A stretch of 64,000 bases of DNA from Tubulanus polymorphus (taxonomy: Eukaryota > Animalia > Nemertea), in contig NC_134035.1 in assembly GCF_964204645.1 (NCBI RefSeq), positions 4,712,001 to 4,776,000 of the forward strand, read 5' to 3'. A program made the position numbers and the translations under genes. Below the pieces are notes generated by a model. It had not been told where the DNA came from, did not search any database, and was given only the letters and a program-made list of their open reading frames with translations. Below, piece by piece: positions 62,364 through 64,000 of this stretch. Each line of letters begins with the position of its first letter. Positions within the stretch are counted from its first letter, which is position 1.

Positions 62364-63916
62364 ATGTCTTCGATAATGGACGAAAGCCGATTTCACATGA
62401 TGGATCATATGCTCGATTTGAAAACGCCGAGCCCTTACGACACGCGTCACACGCCGAGCCCGATCTTCAAAACACCCGGAAAATATGTGTCTCTCAGTCA
62501 AAACAGTCCTCGGTAAGAAATTAAACTGATGAAACTGTAGGACTAAGGTTTAGAAGGTAGCGACTACATGTAGGCTCTTTTTTTACCCCACAGTCAATAG
62601 CCTCTGATAGTTGCTCGCCCCTAGTTCAAATATTCTCTTAACAACATCCTCGCTTGCCAGGGTTTGATTCGTGAGTTTCAGCGGGCGGCAATCAAACCCT
62701 GGCAAGCGAGGATGCTTTACAAGGGATAGGGAGAGCGCCCCGACCCTGTTCCGACTGCCTCGAGATTCGGTACTTCAAAGAATTTATTGATCCCGCGAGA
62801 TCCGAAGCAAGCAGAGTCTACCGTGTCAGACTGTACTGATAACCAAATTTCAGTAATTTGACCGTGTTAATTTCGCTTTTAGGTATAAAACGACTCCCGG
62901 TGGTAACCGCGCGTTGACTACTCCGAAAAGACGTTTGAACGCGGCCTCCGCGATGTACAACCCTTTTGAGAACCACACGGTCGATTTCTTGCATTTGCCT
63001 ACGTTCAGCCCGAATGTATTTTCGAAAGGAACTTCGACGCCGAGCCGGTCAGATTCGGTAAGTATATCAGCTCTTTTGAACTGCTCAAATCAGGATTCAA
63101 ACCTTATTTGTCGAGATTGAATGAATCACTAAGTCGCCGCATTATCTTACCACAGTCCAATTCTTTAACCCTGATTTGATGATTCCAGTGGAAGACCAAT
63201 GGCTTAATTCCACAGGTCAATGAAAACCAGGGAATTCTGACTCTTTCTTAAAAATCTGAGGGATATATCAGAGAATTTGAATTTGTGGATATTAAGTGGC
63301 ACGAGGAACATCTTGATAAAAACAGCCCCCACTGAGGATATCTTAAAATTTGACCAGTGATTTTTAATTTTTAGTGTCTTGTTGTTCTGACTGGTAATAA
63401 GTGACACAAGGAACTGCTCCTCTTGATATGAATCAGCCCCCACTGCGGATATCGCATAATTTGATTAGGGAGTTTGAATTTTGGTGTCTTGTTAATCGAG
63501 AAATTTTGTTATCAATGGTCTGGGAGATATCAGGGGTTCCCTGATCTGTAAAACATTAACAGAAGTCTCAACTGTTATGATGATGATAATAATAATAATA
63601 ACAATAATAATAATGATACGTGTCTTATTAACTTATATAGCGCTAAATCCAGCGTATAAAAACCACTCAGCGCGCTTCACGTAAAAGCCTCATGTAGCTT
63701 CCAACAAACTTGAATCCTTGATCGAAGGGAAAGCAGTGGGAGGCGTAGGCTATGTCTGAATCATCGCTAGTGCGTCGGGTTATTCAAAATTTCTAACTCG
63801 TCTCGATTTTTTTCGCAGACGCCACAAAAGTTCCGCTGGTCGATCGATCAACAAGCGTTGTTACATCCGGCTGATATCGATGAGATGCCTCATCATCAAT
63901 TAAACCTCATCTCCGT
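62364..63916 (+). CDS. BORA: Protein aurora borealis (BORA), 5' part; continues past the window
   Basis: Coding exons 62364-62512, 62883-63057, 63819-63916 in phase. BORA N-terminal motifs YNPFE..LH.PTFSPNVF and TPQKFRWSIDQQALLHPADID, with many S/T-P sites. Probable non-coding first exon ending at 61789 (GTAAGT). Confidence 0.9.
63575..63682 (-). mobile_element. L2-type LINE/SINE 3' tail
   Basis: Minus strand GTGAAGCGCGCTGAG..GCGCTATATAAG followed by an (ATT)n microsatellite tail. Confidence 0.5.
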
Positions 63917-64000
63917 GTAAGTTTCAGGTCGAATACGATTAAAAACTGATTCCCGGGTTAGATAATCTTAGTTGTTGTAAAGACGACTGATATTTGTCTG

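Overview
Eukaryotic (metazoan invertebrate, probably spiralian; inferred from gene content and intron-rich structure) gene-dense window, so most short entries in the ORF track are spurious or single exons. Genes assembled by hand from splice sites: ONECUT/HNF6 exon 1 (-; homeobox exon not seen, probably left of the window), WDR4/TRM82 (+, 10 exons), a UDP-glycosyltransferase with a single coding exon (-), tRNA-Thr(CGT), a 776-aa orphan multipass membrane protein (+), an atypical tetraspanin-like gene (-; no CCG motif, two candidate last exons), SAAL1 (-, 9 exons) head-to-head with the first of two tandem ACC-synthase-like (ACCS) PLP enzyme genes (+), and MZT1 (-) head-to-head with BORA (+, runs off the window). 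Introns and intergenic DNA carry Harbinger-type MITEs, foldback elements, an L2/CR1 LINE tail and dispersed satellites. Most notable: palindromic elements carrying minimal Penelope-type hammerhead ribozyme motifs, the CCG-less tetraspanin, and asymmetric divergence of the ACCS pair, which share a GC-AG intron at the catalytic lysine. All gene names rest on motif recognition from memory, not database searches.
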